Shown: positions 11,328 to 23,427, counted from the whole stretch's first letter. The stretch: DNA of 63,381 nt, filler included, from Asterionella formosa (GCA_002256025.1; 13 parts of 13 records of this genome joined end to end with filler, not necessarily neighbours in it); one strand, 5' to 3'. A program made the numbers and translations. Notes: a model not told the origin generated them from the letters alone.

Positions 11328-13259
11328 TTATGGCGGCACTTGCTCCACTATGCCGACTGCAACAGTATCGCCCCCTCGTCTCAACACGAATCGACCCAAG
11401 GCTCGACAATCATTGTACGCTTCCACACACACCTTAGTCTTCAACGTGATCTCAACTGATGCACTTGCTCCACTCAGCAAAGCTCTCGGGTTCTCCTTAA
11501 GTCCCTCCCGCGTTGTTGTTGAAATTAATTTTGTCAAAACTGCAGGAACGTCAATTGAATGCATGTGTAGCAGAACATTCGCTCCACGAATTATGGGAAC
11601 ATTCAAATCATCCATGACTAGGATTTTACAAAGAATTCTCTTCTTGATTGGCGGTCGCAATTCCCAATGAGGGTGAGACAGAATATTCCCAGGTGACAGC
11701 CGAGCCATGTCAATGCCCAACAAGACAATGTCAGTCGTATCACCTGCAATGGCATACTTGAACCGATTGGTGCTCTCTCCTGTCATGACACTATGTTCAA
11801 TTTTACTGACAGTGGCATCGTCACCTATTGGTAGCACAACCAATTTGTCGCCAACTTGTACAACACCTTGGGCGATCCGACATTTGACTGTTACACCCTT
11901 GCCTTCTGAGAAAACGTCGCTTATGATAATTCTTAGTGGCTTGTCGAAATTTCGTTTGGCAGGGAGGAACGAATCCATTGCCGCTAACAGTGTTGGTCCC
12001 CTGTACCATGCTGACAAGGATACACCAGCTGACGCTTGCTCCTTGACATTGGTTCCATCCAATCCACTAATTGGAACAAACTTAATTCGCTTACTCGCAA
12101 ATCCAGATTTGATTAAAAATGGAGTCAGTTTCTGTTGAATCTCTTGTAATCTCACTTGACTCCAATTGCATAAATCCAGTTTGTTGACTGCAACAATTAA
12201 TTGTGACACCCCCAAACCCCTCGCCAATATGATATGTTCTCGCGTTTGTCCTCCCCCATCAAATCCTGCCTCGAATTCTCCCATGGTAGCAGCAATGACC
12301 AACAATCCTACATCCGCGGCTGCAGCTCCTGTAATCATGGACGGCACAAAGTCCGCGTGTCCTGGAGCATCCAGAACCGTAATGTCATGGTGAGCGGTCG
12401 ATAGACTCTTGGTGGCCACTTCCATGGTCACCCCCCGCTCCCGTTCAGCGGTATCTTCGTCCATGACCCATGCGAGGGCGAACGATGCCTTTCCCAATTC
12501 TGTCGCCTGTTTCTGATATTTGTTAATTGTCCGTTGTTGTACTTGGCCCATTTGTAGCAAGACTTGTCCCATTAAGGTTGACTTTCCAGCATCGACATGA
12601 CCCAAGACAACCATGGAAAGCCGAGATTGTTGATTGGCCAATTCTTGTTGAATGGCCGGTGGAATTTTCGGTAAGGGCCCATAGTCTTTTCTGGGTTGAT
12701 CCGTCGTCGAAGGCTTGTTGATAGCAGTTGGTGGTAATTGTGGTTTGATCCCGGTGAAAGGTTTCGCTGCCTTGAGTTCGGAGGTCTGGGTAGCCAAACC
12801 AGCCGCGACGACAGTTCCAAGTGGCCTGCCAAATCCTGCAGGTGGTTTAGTTATTCCTGATTGGTGGGATTCTGTTGGTTTTGAAGAGCTCAAGGATGTT
12901 GAGCCGAGCAACAAATCAACAGCAGCCCGAACATCCCCTTTGGTTGCTAGCAAGGCAGTCTCCGCTTGTTCCTTCGCGAAGCCCATTCCCATGAGAAGTC
13001 TGACATTCTCTTCGCTTGTCTGTGGCAGTACTGCTGCTGCTACTGTTGCTACTGCTGCTGCACTTGTCTTTTGCTGCTTGGCTGGCATTGACTTGATAAC
13101 TGGCGCCACCACAACTTGTTGCTTCTTGTTACTTTGTTGATGATAGTAATAGTCATCGTTGCTCTCGTCTCCTTCCTCGTAGTTGTCGTCATCATAGTCG
13201 TCGTAATCATCATAATAATCGTCTTGAGTGAGATTCCGAACGTCTCGGTGTCGAGACAT
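11328..13259 (-). CDS. HBS1: HBS1-like translational GTPase (eRF3/EF1A family) with UBA domain
   Basis: MSRHRDVRNL N-terminus, UBA (LMGMGF...GDVRAAVDLL), GHVDAGKST, ERERGVT, DAPGH, NKLD, C-terminal LGRFVLR. Confidence 0.93.
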   Translation of the reverse strand: MSRHRDVRNLTQDDYYDDYDDYDDDNYEEGDESNDDYYYHQQSNKKQQVVVAPVIKSMPAKQQKTSAAAVATVAAAVLPQTSEENVRLLMGMGFAKEQAETALLATKGDVRAAVDLLLGSTSLSSSKPTESHQSGITKPPAGFGRPLGTVVAAGLATQTSELKAAKPFTGIKPQLPPTAINKPSTTDQPRKDYGPLPKIPPAIQQELANQQSRLSMVVLGHVDAGKSTLMGQVLLQMGQVQQRTINKYQKQATELGKASFALAWVMDEDTAERERGVTMEVATKSLSTAHHDITVLDAPGHADFVPSMITGAAAADVGLLVIAATMGEFEAGFDGGGQTREHIILARGLGVSQLIVAVNKLDLCNWSQVRLQEIQQKLTPFLIKSGFASKRIKFVPISGLDGTNVKEQASAGVSLSAWYRGPTLLAAMDSFLPAKRNFDKPLRIIISDVFSEGKGVTVKCRIAQGVVQVGDKLVVLPIGDDATVSKIEHSVMTGESTNRFKYAIAGDTTDIVLLGIDMARLSPGNILSHPHWELRPPIKKRILCKILVMDDLNVPIIRGANVLLHMHSIDVPAVLTKLISTTTREGLKENPRALLSGASASVEITLKTKVCVEAYNDCRALGRFVLRRGGDTVAVGIVEQVPP

Positions 13260-13930
13260 GCTGATGTTGGCTACCCGGTAGTAATGAAATTTTATGTTTT
13301 GATGAGGATGTTTTGTTGATTTAGTTTAATAAATTACTCCTCTGCCTCCTCGCTTTAGGAGAGCAAAAGTCACTTTTGAAGGTTCATATTAATGAATGCC
13401 TTACCACCCGATTCTCTCCGGCCAGGCTGAATTCAGTCTTATAGACTTTATTCAGTCTGTATGTTCAATTCATTGCCCCTTGTTCCATTCATATCATAGA
13501 ATATATTTCATTTCTGAAAACAAGATACTCTTTTACAGGGTACGTAAACTACCTGGTACCTGCAAGTTGCGGTCATTCTGTTTAAATAAACAATTTAATA
13601 TGGGATAAAGAAAGCTAAATCTTTAGTTTCTGCACAATTACCAAAACTTGCTGGTGCCAGTACCTGTTCATTCTTGATCCGATCCAAGGATACGCATGTA
13701 CGCCAATAGAATCAAAACATGATACATATGTTATATAGGGGTGTATATTAAAATGTAATGCCGGTACCGGTAGGCATGGTTCATGTTGTACACAGTCATG
13801 ATATTAACAGTCATCATCCAACAAATTATCCCACATTGCTTCATCCTTTCTATTGCGTTTCATTGCATCAAAAGTTATTATAGTATTTGTTTGTCCCCCC
13901 TTCTCGCCTCTTGTCACCGCCACTGCTGTC

Positions 13931-14644
13931 ATGACCTCATCAACTGCTATAGAAACCATCGCTACGTACTGGGTCACGGACCAAACGGTGATGAAAATCA
14001 GCAAAGGATCAGTGGTTGACTTCGTCACTGACGACGACGCCGCCGCCGCCGCAATTGTCAATGCGGCAAACCCAACCTGCATTGCTGATTTCATGCGGCC
14101 GGGCAATACCATCGATCAAGCCGTATCTAGAGCGGGTGGGGAAAGATTCCTAGCCGCTCGGTTGGAGTTGCCCATTGTGGAGGGGGGTGATACTCGTTGC
14201 ATCGTGGGTGACGCAAAACTTACCTCTGGGAAGTTTGGACGATTGGGGACCAACAACGTTATTGATGCAGTGGGCCCAAACTATCATGACTATGAATATG
14301 AAAACTACAGAGACGCGGACAAATTACTGACGTCATGCTATGGAGCCGCATTGGAGCGAGCCAATGATGCCAATTTGAAGCAAGTGGCATTCGCCTTGCA
14401 GTCGGTCAATGATCGGGGTCAGCGATCCCTGAAGCAAATTTGTGCACTTGCTGTTTCCTCCGTGGTTTCCTGGGTACAGACGAATCCAGACACTACGATT
14501 CATACAATACTCTTGTGTGCTGCAAATGAAAAAGAGGCACAGAAATTGTTTGAGAGTTGCCAGAAATTTGGGTTTGTAAGTGAGGAAGAGGCTGAAAAGT
14601 TGGAGGCAGGAGGAAATGGCGAAGGAACCGCAACCAGCAAATAA
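13931..14644 (+). CDS. Macro-domain (ADP-ribose-binding, MacroD/YmdB-like) protein with divergent active-site loops
   Basis: ATG 13931; KGSVVD..AIVNAAN, GDAKLT, VIDAVGPNY, LLTSCY..AL, QVAFAL. Confidence 0.85.
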   Translation: MTSSTAIETIATYWVTDQTVMKISKGSVVDFVTDDDAAAAAIVNAANPTCIADFMRPGNTIDQAVSRAGGERFLAARLELPIVEGGDTRCIVGDAKLTSGKFGRLGTNNVIDAVGPNYHDYEYENYRDADKLLTSCYGAALERANDANLKQVAFALQSVNDRGQRSLKQICALAVSSVVSWVQTNPDTTIHTILLCAANEKEAQKLFESCQKFGFVSEEEAEKLEAGGNGEGTATSK

Positions 14645-16054
14645 AGCTCAATTCAATTTTGATGTTACAATGAGAATCACCACTATACTTAACTAAGTCG
14701 ACAATTTAGCGCCAATTCTGTTTCAATGGGTTAGAATCAATGGGAGATTACCAAATAAGTTTAAAATTTTCCAGTTATTGCCAATGGATAGGGATTAATG
14801 GTTGGACCTACAGAATTGACTGGCCATTACCAATTGCTATTGTCCCCATCAAACCCCGCCTCCTACTAGAATAATTGCAAAAGCAAAATTTTAAGTATTC
14901 TTTATAGAATCTCGACAACAGTGGAGTTCTTTGGGTTGCACCATGGCAACGAACTCCCGGCAGTGACTAAAAGTGTTACATAGGATGGGTGGGGTGTTCA
15001 AATTGCATCCCAAAGTCTTCTATTGGTTTCTTGTAACCCTTGAGGATATTTCAGGAACCAAATAGGCTGTAGATATGAACAACAAGGGGACAGAGATTGA
15101 TAGGAACCACACCTAAATGATTTAATAGAATTATGGGTTTTACTGGTGATGCAGATTGTTTTCAAATTCTGATCTAGATACGGTATTCTTTTGATTCAAT
15201 GTATACATACATGTAAGTACTTTCATACCGGGATGCTTCTTAAAATAATTTCTCCAACAAACTCCTGCTGGACATGGATGCTCACTTGGAGTTCATAATA
15301 TGTGTACGAAAATGTATAAATTTTGTACCCACCAATTGGTTTTGTCATATAATCTGATCTGCACTCTTTGCATTCGTTGGACAGTACTTTATCTTTATTT
15401 CCTTTCTTTCAATAAGATCAGTGATGTAAAAATACTTGTTTTTGAACTGTCATGTGCATTTTCCTGAACTTGCTTTCCATTCTCTTCCAGCTACATTGAG
15501 CTAGTGCCGTCATGACATTGAGTCTTTGTTTTTATGTCAATTGTTCCTGTTATCATCACAGATTCAGTCATGGTGGTGGAAATAGCTGCTACCTCGTCAG
15601 CCTCTTTCCATTTATTTTTGTTGAAAACTTTTATTGGCACAAGCCCTGCTGTTTATACTCTTGTATCTCTTTTCAACAAAGAAAGATAGGTTTTCCAACT
15701 TAAGTCCCTTTATGAGCTTGGTCATTTCGTCAATCCTAATTGCTGGTTCAAATACAACTCTATTGAGTAGCTAGTTGCTTCATTTCTTTTGTATGCATCT
15801 GTTCCTTTTTAGCCTTAGTAACTTTTAACTTACCGGGATACATCCTGCCTGGTTATTACTTTTTTAAATTCCAGTACATGGCCTACTGCCATTCTACCCT
15901 GCTGTTGCTGCTCTAATCATTGCCCCTCATGGCGCTTTCGGTTGCCGCAGTGTTAGGGGTAGGGTTAGGTACTCAATTGCTTGAAAAGATTGTTCAAATG
16001 GAAACACTTGGTCAATGACTGGTTTCACTTTACCTTGCTCCAAAAGTTTGGCGA

Positions 16055-16603
16055 TTAACTCAATAAGTTCTCGATTTGCTTTGCTAAACATGCTATGTTC
16101 GGGACAAGAAAATCAGCAATAGTACAAAGGTCACTGCCAGCACTCTCCTTAAGAATGAGTTTTCCCATTCCCACTTCTTTGTTTGTATCGAAAACAACGT
16201 CAGCCCAGCCCTTCAACTTTTTACCAGCATTTTTTAGTTTTATAGTCCACCACAATATCAGCACCATATTGCTTGCAAAAGTCGATTTTGGCAGTTGTGG
16301 AAGCTGTTGTGGCCACTACTTTGGCTCCAAAGTGACTTTTTGCAATTTGGAAAGCATGAATACCAACTCCTCCAGCTCGTCCCCCAGACACGAAAACAAG
16401 GTTGGCATCAACGACAGCATACTCCGCGACGGCTCTGCTCGTTTTGGGTTCAACTCTTCTCCGCTCGATGAAACCAAAGACATGATCCCCAACTTGGAGT
16501 GATGTAACATCTGAGCCGACATCATCCACAAAACACCAGCAACATCAAATCCAACAATGACTGGAAAAACCTTATCTGTCTTCAAAAACTTGAATCCCAT
16601 CAA
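16055..16603 (-). pseudogene. Fragment of an MDR-family NADPH quinone/alkenal oxidoreductase, frameshifted and internally deleted
   Basis: PVIVGFDVAGV, VGSDVTSLQVGDHVFG, AEYAVV, GGVGIHAFQIAKSHFGAKVVATTAST, GADIVVDYK and DVVFDT are spread over three frames. Confidence 0.8.
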
Positions 16604-19050
16604 TTGGAAAAATGCAAAGTGTGTCTGCTATTGAATAATTAAACTCTCTCTTTGGATTGATTGGATATCCCCATATCTTTCACACAGATAATGGTTCTGA
16701 GTTCACAGCTGAACAAGTTGTGGGTATGATGAAAAGGTGGAATCAAACAGTACTGACAGTCACTGGTAGGCCCCAAAAGCCCAGTGATCAGGGTTCAGTC
16801 GAAATCATCAACAAACATGTGAAACATGTAATGAACAGTGCACTTGCAAGTGAAGTTCAAAAGGGAAAACTCTGTCCAAACTGGACCAAATACCTTGGAT
16901 AAGATAATTCAATTCTGAACCGACAACGTGGTTGGGCCAAAAATGATGTTTCTGCAAATGAAACCGTTTTTGGGATTGATTTTGATCCCATTATGCCAGA
17001 CACCAGAGACAGCATCTGCAGATGCACAACTATTCAAGAGCGCATGGATGTGGCAGCTAGCAGTAGATTCCGTGCTGTTGTGGAATCCATGTATGAATTG
17101 AACCTTAATCCCAATGATGCCAATGACTCTGTCTCCATTGACTTGACATCGCCACAGGTTGGCAATGTCTGTGACACCACTTTCATTGGCTGTAACTTTT
17201 CACAACATTTTGCTGAAATTATGGAAGGACCTGATGTTAGGAACAGTGTTCAAGCTCAATCAACAAATGATTATGAGAAAGCCAGTGACTTCGATATCAG
17301 CAGCAGCAATGATGAAAAACCTGAGGTAAAGAGCAGTTTTTCCATGTCTAGTACTGCCACAGTAAAGATAAAATTCTGCATCAAAATCACTTGTTTCAAC
17401 ACATACAGCTAGATTGTGGCACAGACAACTTGCTGCCGTCTTCTTCCACAGGCAACTCACTCAAAGGCATAGACAAGATACTGCAATCTTCTGCCAATTA
17501 TATCACAGAACAAAAGGAGCCGGATGGGGATTGTATAAGTTATGAAATCATTGCAGTTCCTCCACAAACAAGAAAAAGAAAAATGACAACAAGAAGAATA
17601 AATGCCTTATCAGTTCAAGAAGCATTGGAATTAGTTGAAGGGTCAATTCATATTTGGGGAGGACAAAAATTCAAAAGGTTATATCCCACACTCAATTGCA
17701 TTTCATGTTGCTTTTCAGGACACCATTTAATCACAGTTTGCAATGAAGAATACTACTCTAAACGTGAGAATACCAATGCTTGGTATGAAACTAATTTTAT
17801 ATCAAGTTTTGCAGCACTGATTGCTCACAAGAACTATGTTGGTTCCATTCAATTTGTTCATTGTCTGTTACCGATGGAAGAAGTAGAATCGCAAATGTGC
17901 AAGAAATCGAAAGTCAATGTAAAAAGAGTTGTAAGTGTCTTTCATGGCAATGATCATTTTTCAGAGACGGAGAGCAACCTTGACACCAATGTCATAACAA
18001 TTTTTGATGGCCTCAATCTAGGTCTAAACAACTGGTTCCACCATATCACCAATGTGCTGAAACGGACAAAACTAATTGGAAGGAACTCTTTGCCAACTTT
18101 CCATTCCAGTGGTAAAACAGAATTTGAGCTGGTTACTACTGACATAGCTGGATCATTTCAAAGTCGATCATTGTACATCAAAAAGATGGGTACAATTGTG
18201 GCCTGATTGCTTGCCTTGTCCTGGGTTCGATTTTTGAACCAGAAATTGTAAACAAATCTCTATTTCTCCACATAAATATCGCCCTTTAGTTGTAACAATG
18301 TTCAAAGAAATGGTTAATCAATTCAATACTGAATTGATCTTACCAAGTGACCTACATGATACTGTTACAATGACACAGCAAGTGAATACTGAGCAAGTGG
18401 ATTTAGATGGTGAACTGTTGCTAAATGAAATGGTAGCAAGAAAATTACGTCTTGGGAATGAGAACAGATGTGCAAGACATGCTATAAGAAAGAGTAGTTA
18501 AAGAAACTCCCATGAAATCAAAGAAAAATGCAAGACAAAAACATGCACAGTATGTTAGAGCACAACGACAGAAGGATCAAAGCAAATAAAATGAAAGGCA
18601 TACATATGCAGTCAAGGCAAAAGGCAACTATTGGGTCTATAGTTACATTTACAATGGACTACAGAGATGTAGGCAACCCACATGGAATTCCTGCCATTGT
18701 AGCTATAAATGAACTTGGACGAGGAATACAAGCAGTAACTGATCATGGCATTGTATGTTCTGGAAAAGAGAGAAATGAGAAGATATACTTTATACCTAAA
18801 GAAAGATACATTGTCCATCCAAATGAGGCAGTCATTTCACCATATTTGAATGAAAAGAGACAAGCCATACTTGATGGAACTTTCGCTTGTGAAAATTATA
18901 GAAAAATGAGTATGCAGCAAGCTCATGAATTCTGCTGATTTGGATTTCATCAGATACGATGTAACAGATCATGCTGTGACAGTGTACCAGGTAGAGTTGG
19001 TACCTCCTGCTGAGAGGAAAGTTGTGGAAAAGACGGTTTTTACTACAAAG
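16604..19050 (+). mobile_element. Decayed integrase-type (Ginger/GIN-like) transposon with Ulp1-like protease domain
   Basis: FGLIGYPHIFHTDNGSEF...GRPQKPSDQGSVE (rve core). Downstream FHGNDHF..IFDGL and, after a frameshift, HQKDGYNCGLIAC at ~18176-18215 (C48 triad). Many stops and frameshifts; termini not identified. Confidence 0.7.
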
Positions 19051-19279
19051 AAAAAATGTCTAGTAATTTCTCATTTGCACCATTCCTTGATGTTCTATTA
19101 TTTTCCAAAAAACATACCAGTATATTGTACAGCAAATAAAGTACAAAAGTGTTTCCATGTGCATTAAATGAGTCGCACTTCAAATTATCAAAGCACAACA
19201 GAAAAAAGTATGTTAAAAGTGGATCATTTTGATAATCTATATTGAATCATCAGGCAAGCAGGCAGGGAACACTTGGATG

Positions 19280-20689
19280 TTAGTGTCCACCACCAGCATC
19301 TTCAGCAGAGCTACTACTAGTTGTACTGCTATTATCTATGGACGGATATACAACTGCCAGAGTTCCAAGGGCAACCAAAAGGTTACCAATCCACCCTTGT
19401 AAACCTGGAAGCTCCCCCACTCCCATAGAAAAGGCAATAATTGATGCCAACATTGGTTCCAACAAGGTTGCCACAGCAATAATAATACTGTCAAAATATT
19501 GGAGACTCCGAACAAATCCCATAGTTCCCACCAAATTACAAATCAGCACAATCCACAGCTCCACCCCAAGCCTGTCGGCACTTAATTCCATCCAACCAAA
19601 GAGTCCATGAGTTGGATTCATTGACAATGTAAATTGCTCCCCTACCAAAATTATGTAAAAGAGAATCAGAAAGGAACCACCAAACATCATAAGGAATGTA
19701 AACATGGTAACACTGGTGGTAGATCTCGCAGATTTGGCAAATGTCAAATATCCAACGCCACAAAATGCTGATGCAAGAGCATAAAAATCTCCAAGGAGAG
19801 CTTCGGCTTTGTCACCATTGTCGTCTTTGTCGTCATTGTCATTGTGTTCACTTGAGGCACATACAATTGCCCCACTTGATGCAACTAGAGCACCAATCCC
19901 TTCCATACATACAACATGTGATCCTGTCAATATTTTTCCCATCAATAATAAAACAGCTTGAGAGTTGGCAAATATGACTGTATTCCCAATGGTTGTTTTG
20001 GAAAGTGCCGTAACAAAGCACAAATTTTGAACCGTGAAACAAGTGATGGCCACAACGACGGTGGTCCATTGTCCAGTGTTCAGTCTAGGGAAACTCGATT
20101 GTCGGACAATCACTACCAAAAATAGCAGTGCGGCAACGGCACTCATGCGCCAATACAACTTGAGTGCCGGTGCGACGCCATGTTGGAGGGTCAAGGCTGT
20201 CCCATGAGACGAAATGGCAAAGACGGCTGCGAGCAAAGCGAGTATTGGGGGGAAGGTTGGAGGATGAGTGTCTATACGGCCTGTAGTTTCTTCAACAAAG
20301 TCCACAAAGTCATCTGGCCGTAAGGACAAGGTTCGAGTCATGGTGGTGTCCATAAAGAACATGCGACCATCTTGTGCGTCGTGAAGGTCGTCAAGAAAAC
20401 TTTGTTTGACATCGCCAGCTGCAAACTTCACATCTTCTACAATCGTCCCAAGGCCAACCGATACTGAATCAATCAGTCTAGACACACTTGATTGGCGACG
20501 ATGATGACCTCCACGCTTCTTCTTGGGCGCAATAAAGAAGGAAAGGTCTGAATGGCTGCGTCTATGAGAATTTATTGTTGCGCCTTGCTGCTGTTGTTGT
20601 TGCTGTTGCAGCAATGAATCGGATTCGAATGCGCCAAAGGAATCCTCAATTCCATCGTCGCTGACATCGTCAGCTCGAGTATCGCTCAT
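19280..20689 (-). CDS. EamA/DMT (drug/metabolite) superfamily transporter
   Basis: 469 aa; long hydrophilic N-tail then ~10 hydrophobic segments; LYWRM, GDFYALASA, LLEPMLAS..GE motifs. Confidence 0.88.
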   Translation of the reverse strand: MSDTRADDVSDDGIEDSFGAFESDSLLQQQQQQQQGATINSHRRSHSDLSFFIAPKKKRGGHHRRQSSVSRLIDSVSVGLGTIVEDVKFAAGDVKQSFLDDLHDAQDGRMFFMDTTMTRTLSLRPDDFVDFVEETTGRIDTHPPTFPPILALLAAVFAISSHGTALTLQHGVAPALKLYWRMSAVAALLFLVVIVRQSSFPRLNTGQWTTVVVAITCFTVQNLCFVTALSKTTIGNTVIFANSQAVLLLMGKILTGSHVVCMEGIGALVASSGAIVCASSEHNDNDDKDDNGDKAEALLGDFYALASAFCGVGYLTFAKSARSTTSVTMFTFLMMFGGSFLILFYIILVGEQFTLSMNPTHGLFGWMELSADRLGVELWIVLICNLVGTMGFVRSLQYFDSIIIAVATLLEPMLASIIAFSMGVGELPGLQGWIGNLLVALGTLAVVYPSIDNSSTTSSSSAEDAGGGH

Positions 20690-21229
20690 GACTCTTCACA
20701 CTGCATTCAGTGCACCAAGCCAAAATGTAGTCAATCGAATGTCTATCAACTGGTGTTGCTTGGCAACAAAAATGTTGGCTAATACATAATATAATCAGAA
20801 TCATAAAATGCATCATCCGCCCACAAATCAATAACTTTAATACCAAACAAGAGCGAACAAAACTGATATGCCACCGACACAAATAATGAAGAAGGAAAGT
20901 CGCACACAGACCACGGATTTTGGGGGTCACACCGTCATCGACTGACATCCCAAGCAAACCCGGATAATAGGAAAAGCACGCCAATGGATCCTATATGTTT
21001 GTACATAAGTTGTGGTCGTCATACACATCATCAGTCTCATCAGTCAAAATCATGCATATACATATGTATGTACTGACGACTCAACTTCATTCGGACATTT
21101 TGTGAACCGGGTATTTCATTTCAGGCCTGATGGTATTGCCGGTCCCCTTCGACGAATACTACCTACTACCGACTGCCTTGTTCCTCTCGATTAAGGAAAC
21201 GCACATACTGCTGAATCCACTGACGCATC

Positions 21230-21919
21230 ATGAATACTCCTTCCTTCGGTACAGAGGATGGCACCAATCCATTCGAATCATTCATTAACAAACTAAAAAG
21301 TGGCTTTTGTGACGTTACAGATCATTCACATTCTAATGATGACGATGATGACGATGACGATGACGATGATAACAATGGTCTTGTCAATCGAGAGGTATTC
21401 ATTGCTGAGCCTCCCGTTGGAAATGTTCTTTTGCTAGTCCACAACGAATCAGAAGTGACTACAATTACTACGAATGTTGAGGACAAGGAAAGCGAGTTCG
21501 AAGTGATGGAGGCGCCTGTGATGATGCATCAACAAGAAGGACGTACTGCAACACGACGACGTCAACGAGTCCATCGTATCATCGAAACCAAGATTTATTC
21601 CATTTTGTTGGTAATCTTAACATGCTTGGCCTTGTATCAATTGGGATATCGATTGGAATTTAAGCTTGACAAGAATCCTAGTACTACTACCACCATGTTT
21701 CACCTTAATCATCCACACCGTGAGGTCGTACCGGTAGTAGTACCACCGTCAGAAGAGAGCAAGTTAAATAAAGTTCAAAACTCGAAAATGAAAACAGAAA
21801 GTAATGAATCCATGGATCCCAATGATGATCACACTGGGAACCCTGTGACTACTACTTTCGCTATTCCCCCAAAATTGACGAATCCTGAGAATGGGCTACT
21901 GCTTGAGAATGAGCTGTGA
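21230..21919 (+). CDS. Hypothetical single-pass membrane protein with poly-Asp tract
   Basis: 229-aa intact ORF, poly-D run, one hydrophobic segment (IYSILLVILTCLALY). Confidence 0.6.
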   Translation: MNTPSFGTEDGTNPFESFINKLKSGFCDVTDHSHSNDDDDDDDDDDDNNGLVNREVFIAEPPVGNVLLLVHNESEVTTITTNVEDKESEFEVMEAPVMMHQQEGRTATRRRQRVHRIIETKIYSILLVILTCLALYQLGYRLEFKLDKNPSTTTTMFHLNHPHREVVPVVVPPSEESKLNKVQNSKMKTESNESMDPNDDHTGNPVTTTFAIPPKLTNPENGLLLENEL

Positions 21920-22368
21920 ATATTTTACCAAATTATTCATGCAACTATTTGTATATAAGACGTGTGAGGGCTTAATTATCTGGCTCCAATCTGCTGGGTA
22001 GAAGAAATGTTGTAGCAGCATTCTCAAGATTCTTTGGAGTGACCAAGATTCAACTGTGTTCACCTTGTGGCATGTAGTAGTCTATTGTGAATGACCCTGG
22101 TTGATGGCAAAATCGACTGATTTGAAGTAGATTCTTTTTTTTGTGAACCTATACACCCTCATCCAGTGAATCACAGAAGTGCAAAAATGACCTAAATAAA
22201 CCATGCACAAAAAAGTTCACATATCTCGATTGACCAAGAGTACATTAGACATTTACATCTACGTGTCACCCAATCAGGTGCGATAATAAGGCAAATAAAA
22301 GTCGATATTGTTTCATAGGTAGGTATGCCGGCAACTGAGGTGCAATGCATGGGAACACAGGTTCGAGC

Positions 22369-23327
22369 TTAATTGTCACCCTTCAGTCGTTTTTTCTCGC
22401 GAAATGCATCTCGCTTGCCTTCAGCGCGATACTGGCGCTTTTTATTCGTCTTACGTGCAATTTCCTTAGCCTCGTCCGTCTTTGAATTCTTTTTGGCTTT
22501 TTCAATGTTCTTTTGAACTTTCTTCTCCTTTCGAATCGAAACCTTTTCGTTTCGAATGGTGTTCAAGGCCTGCATGAAAGTAAGCTTCTTCTTTTCATCT
22601 TTCTCCATGACAACTGCCCTCTTTGTAGCGTAGCTCTTTGTCTTTCGCTTCGTTGCTTCGTTCTTTGGCTTGCTCGCGTAAGGCAGGGCAGCCTCAAGGC
22701 GTTTGGGTACAAAGAGCTTCTTGAACTTACGCTCTGTTCGTTCGATTGGCTTGTAGATGGAATCTGGGTTGACTTCAATTGGGGTGCTGGTTTCTATTTG
22801 CAGCTGAGCCTTGGTTTTCATTGCACGCCATCCCTCGTTTCCAGATGACAAGTGGTTGGTGATTGGGTTGTAGTACTTCTTTACATCCACAGGCATCCAA
22901 GTACGACAAAAGACTATATCGCTCATCAAAATCTTATCCTCGAAAGTGGCTCGGAAGGATCCAGGATGTCCTTCTCGCAACGCCTTCTTGACTTGACCAC
23001 GAACTCCACTAACAGTCTTAATACTTGCCCCTTCAAATCGACTCACTTCTAGATCAGTGTTGAACATACCGCTGATAAAGCATGTATTGCGGTAGATTTT
23101 TGTTGGTGTTCCAACCAGTTTTAGCTTTTTTACCACGTCAAAAGAAGCGTTGAGCTCCAAAGCCACTCCGGTGGCAGCGATCCGAAATCCTGAGACATTG
23201 TTGGCCATATTTTGGATAGCCAAAATACCCGTGTTTGGAGGAACTTGAGGTCCATAGAACGTTGCATGACAATGCATATGCTCAGGTGTATACTTAAGAT
23301 AGCGGTGACGTCCATTTTGATCTTCGG
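22369..23327 (-). CDS. BMS1: Ribosome biogenesis protein BMS1, C-terminal part (5' end cut by contig end)
   Basis: Frame open from contig end: [81 protein letters not shown]. Confidence 0.93.
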
Positions 23328-23427
23328 NNNNNNNNNNNNNNNNNNNNNNNNNNNNNNNNNNNNNNNNNNNNTTAATTAATTAANNNNNNNNNNNNNNNNN
23401 NNNNNNNNNNNNNNNNNNNNNNNNNNN

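Noticed and set aside
23372..23383. TTAATTAATTAA as a biological palindrome
   Set aside because: It is always embedded in N44 flanks; a synthetic six-frame-stop linker.
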